Shown piece after piece: positions 34,056 to 35,506 of a stretch of 35,506 nt of DNA. The notes below the pieces were generated by a model, which was not told the DNA's origin, did not search any database, and saw only the letters and a program-made list of their open reading frames with translations. The position numbers were made by a program, and so were the translations under genes. Origin of the DNA: Octopus sinensis (Eukaryota); NCBI RefSeq assembly GCF_006345805.1, contig NW_021832293.1:1-35506 (forward strand), written 5' to 3'. Each line of letters begins with the position of its first letter. Within the stretch, counting starts at the first letter, position 1.

Positions 34056-34734
34056 AGACGAGTGAAGCGGTTTCGGTTACTTCACTACATCACACAGGCG
34101 CAGCATCTGAAGAATTTGTTATATGCAAAGGTTACAGCTAAAGAGAGGCAAATTACCTACAACAACAACAACAACAACAATAACAACTTCTAAATATTAT
34201 TACTACTACTACTACTACAAGGAGAATTATGTTTAAGATGTAGAAGAATACATTAGAGAAAAATAAAAAAAAAATTGGACATAAGTATAAAGAAGTTATA
34301 TAAGTTAGTTATTTTCGATAATGTATTCAGATTCGTGAAAGATCGACAAGAATCAATGCCATAGAGACCAATATTATATAGCAAGCAGTTTGGTGTTCTT
34401 TCATCTGGAATTGGTCATGTTCACCATGTAATTTAGAATCTAGTGTCGAACTACGAATGGAATTGATAGTCGTAGAAATAATGTAACAGAATTTTGCTTT
34501 TCTCAGAGTTTGCAATCATCGATAATAATGATAAAAAAGAAAACAAATTATTTTTTCCTAGAATTCGAATAAAAATAAAACGGAAATAAAATAAAATATA
34601 GTAAAAATGGTGAAAAATTGCTTAAAGAAATATACGGTATATAAACGAAGGAGACAAAATTTCGTGAAACACCCGCTTGTAGCAAAGGTAGAAACACAGG
34701 AAAGAAATATGGCCTTACTGAAAAGAAGGGCCAC

Positions 34735-35289
34735 GTATACATGCATGAGTGTATGCATGTATGTATGTATGTATATATGTATGTATGCATGTATGTATGT
34801 ATGCATGTATGTATGTATGTATGTATGTATGTATGATGTATGTATGTATATGTATGCATGTATGTATGTATGCATGTATGTTATGTATGTATGTATGCAT
34901 GTATGTATGTATGTATGTATGTTGCATGTATGTATGTATGCATGTATGTATGTATGCATGTATGTATGCATGTATGTATGTATGTATGCCATGTATGTTA
35001 TGTATGTATGCATGTATGTATGTATGTATGTATGCAAGTATGTATGTATGTATGTATGTATGCATGTATGCATGTATGTATGTATGTATGTATGTATGTA
35101 TGTATGTATGCATGTATGTATGTATGTATGTATGTATGTATGTATGCATGTATGTATGTATGCATGTATGTATGTATGTATGTATGTATGCATGTATGTA
35201 TGTATGCATGTATGTATGTATGTATGCATGTATGCATGTATGTATGTATGTATGTATGTATGCATGCATGTATTGATTTATGTATGTCA

Positions 35290-35320
<31 letters not shown>
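34735..35320. repeat. (ATGT/ATGC)n array and (TA)n
   Basis: Directly visible; source of the MYVC-repeat ORFs. Confidence 0.95.
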
Positions 35321-35321
<1 letters not shown>

Positions 35322-35324
<3 letters not shown>

Positions 35325-35506
35325 GCCTGAGAGACTTACATGGTGTGGATGTGGGTTTCTTTAAAACTAAACTGGATCTCTTCTTGTTGGGAGTCCCAGA
35401 TGAACCTACCTCACGACAGGAGACACGGATGCGGGCAGCCAGTATCGAACTCCCTTGTTGATCAAGTGTCACGTATCAGAGGTGGATTCACAAACTAGTG
35501 TAGCTC
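35322..35506 (+). mobile_element. 5'-truncated CR1/L2-group LINE, 3' end of ORF2
   Basis: CLRDLHGVDVGFFKTKLDLFLLGVPDEP....RAAS / NSLVDQV (one frameshift) matches the FK.KLD.FL..VPD.P...A.SNSL C-terminal pattern of this LINE group; stop TAG at 35496-35498. Confidence 0.75.

Noticed and set aside
291-35461. Dozens of 60-284 aa ORFs rich in YI, HT, CV, MYVC or homopolymers (e.g. 34607..35461, 20817..21542, 14591..15292)
   Set aside because: They are translations of stop-free di-, tri- and tetranucleotide microsatellites; only the LINE and transposase portions carry protein signal.

Overview
Eukaryotic, AT-rich, repeat-dense non-coding DNA. The SINE families and the TA/CA/TATG/TAA/TCTA microsatellite load suggest an octopus (cephalopod) genome; this is inferred from recognised sequence, not from a database search. 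I cannot identify any intact host protein-coding gene, and almost all long ORFs in the supplied track are translations of microsatellites. Supported content: (i) about 15 tRNA-derived SINE copies from several modular families, four with target-site duplications, including a trimer inside a single 16-bp TSD; (ii) an internally deleted, frameshifted DD37D (maT-type) Tc1/mariner transposase at ~28.2-28.8 kb; (iii) LINE remnants: an RT fragment at 7.0-7.2 kb, a CR1/L2-like 3' end at 35.3-35.5 kb, and three co-oriented R4/Dong-like 3' ends next to (TAA)n arrays, one apparently a 5'-end/3'-end fusion; (iv) several type I hammerhead ribozyme cores with palindromic helix III, in AT-rich repeats that resemble Penelope-like element termini; (v) two long fold-back palindromes and a ~740-bp element with ~100-bp terminal inverted repeats; (vi) two CpG-rich YY1-motif promoter-like spots (~240 and ~13,090) and several low-confidence small exon candidates, including a 12-nt microexon.
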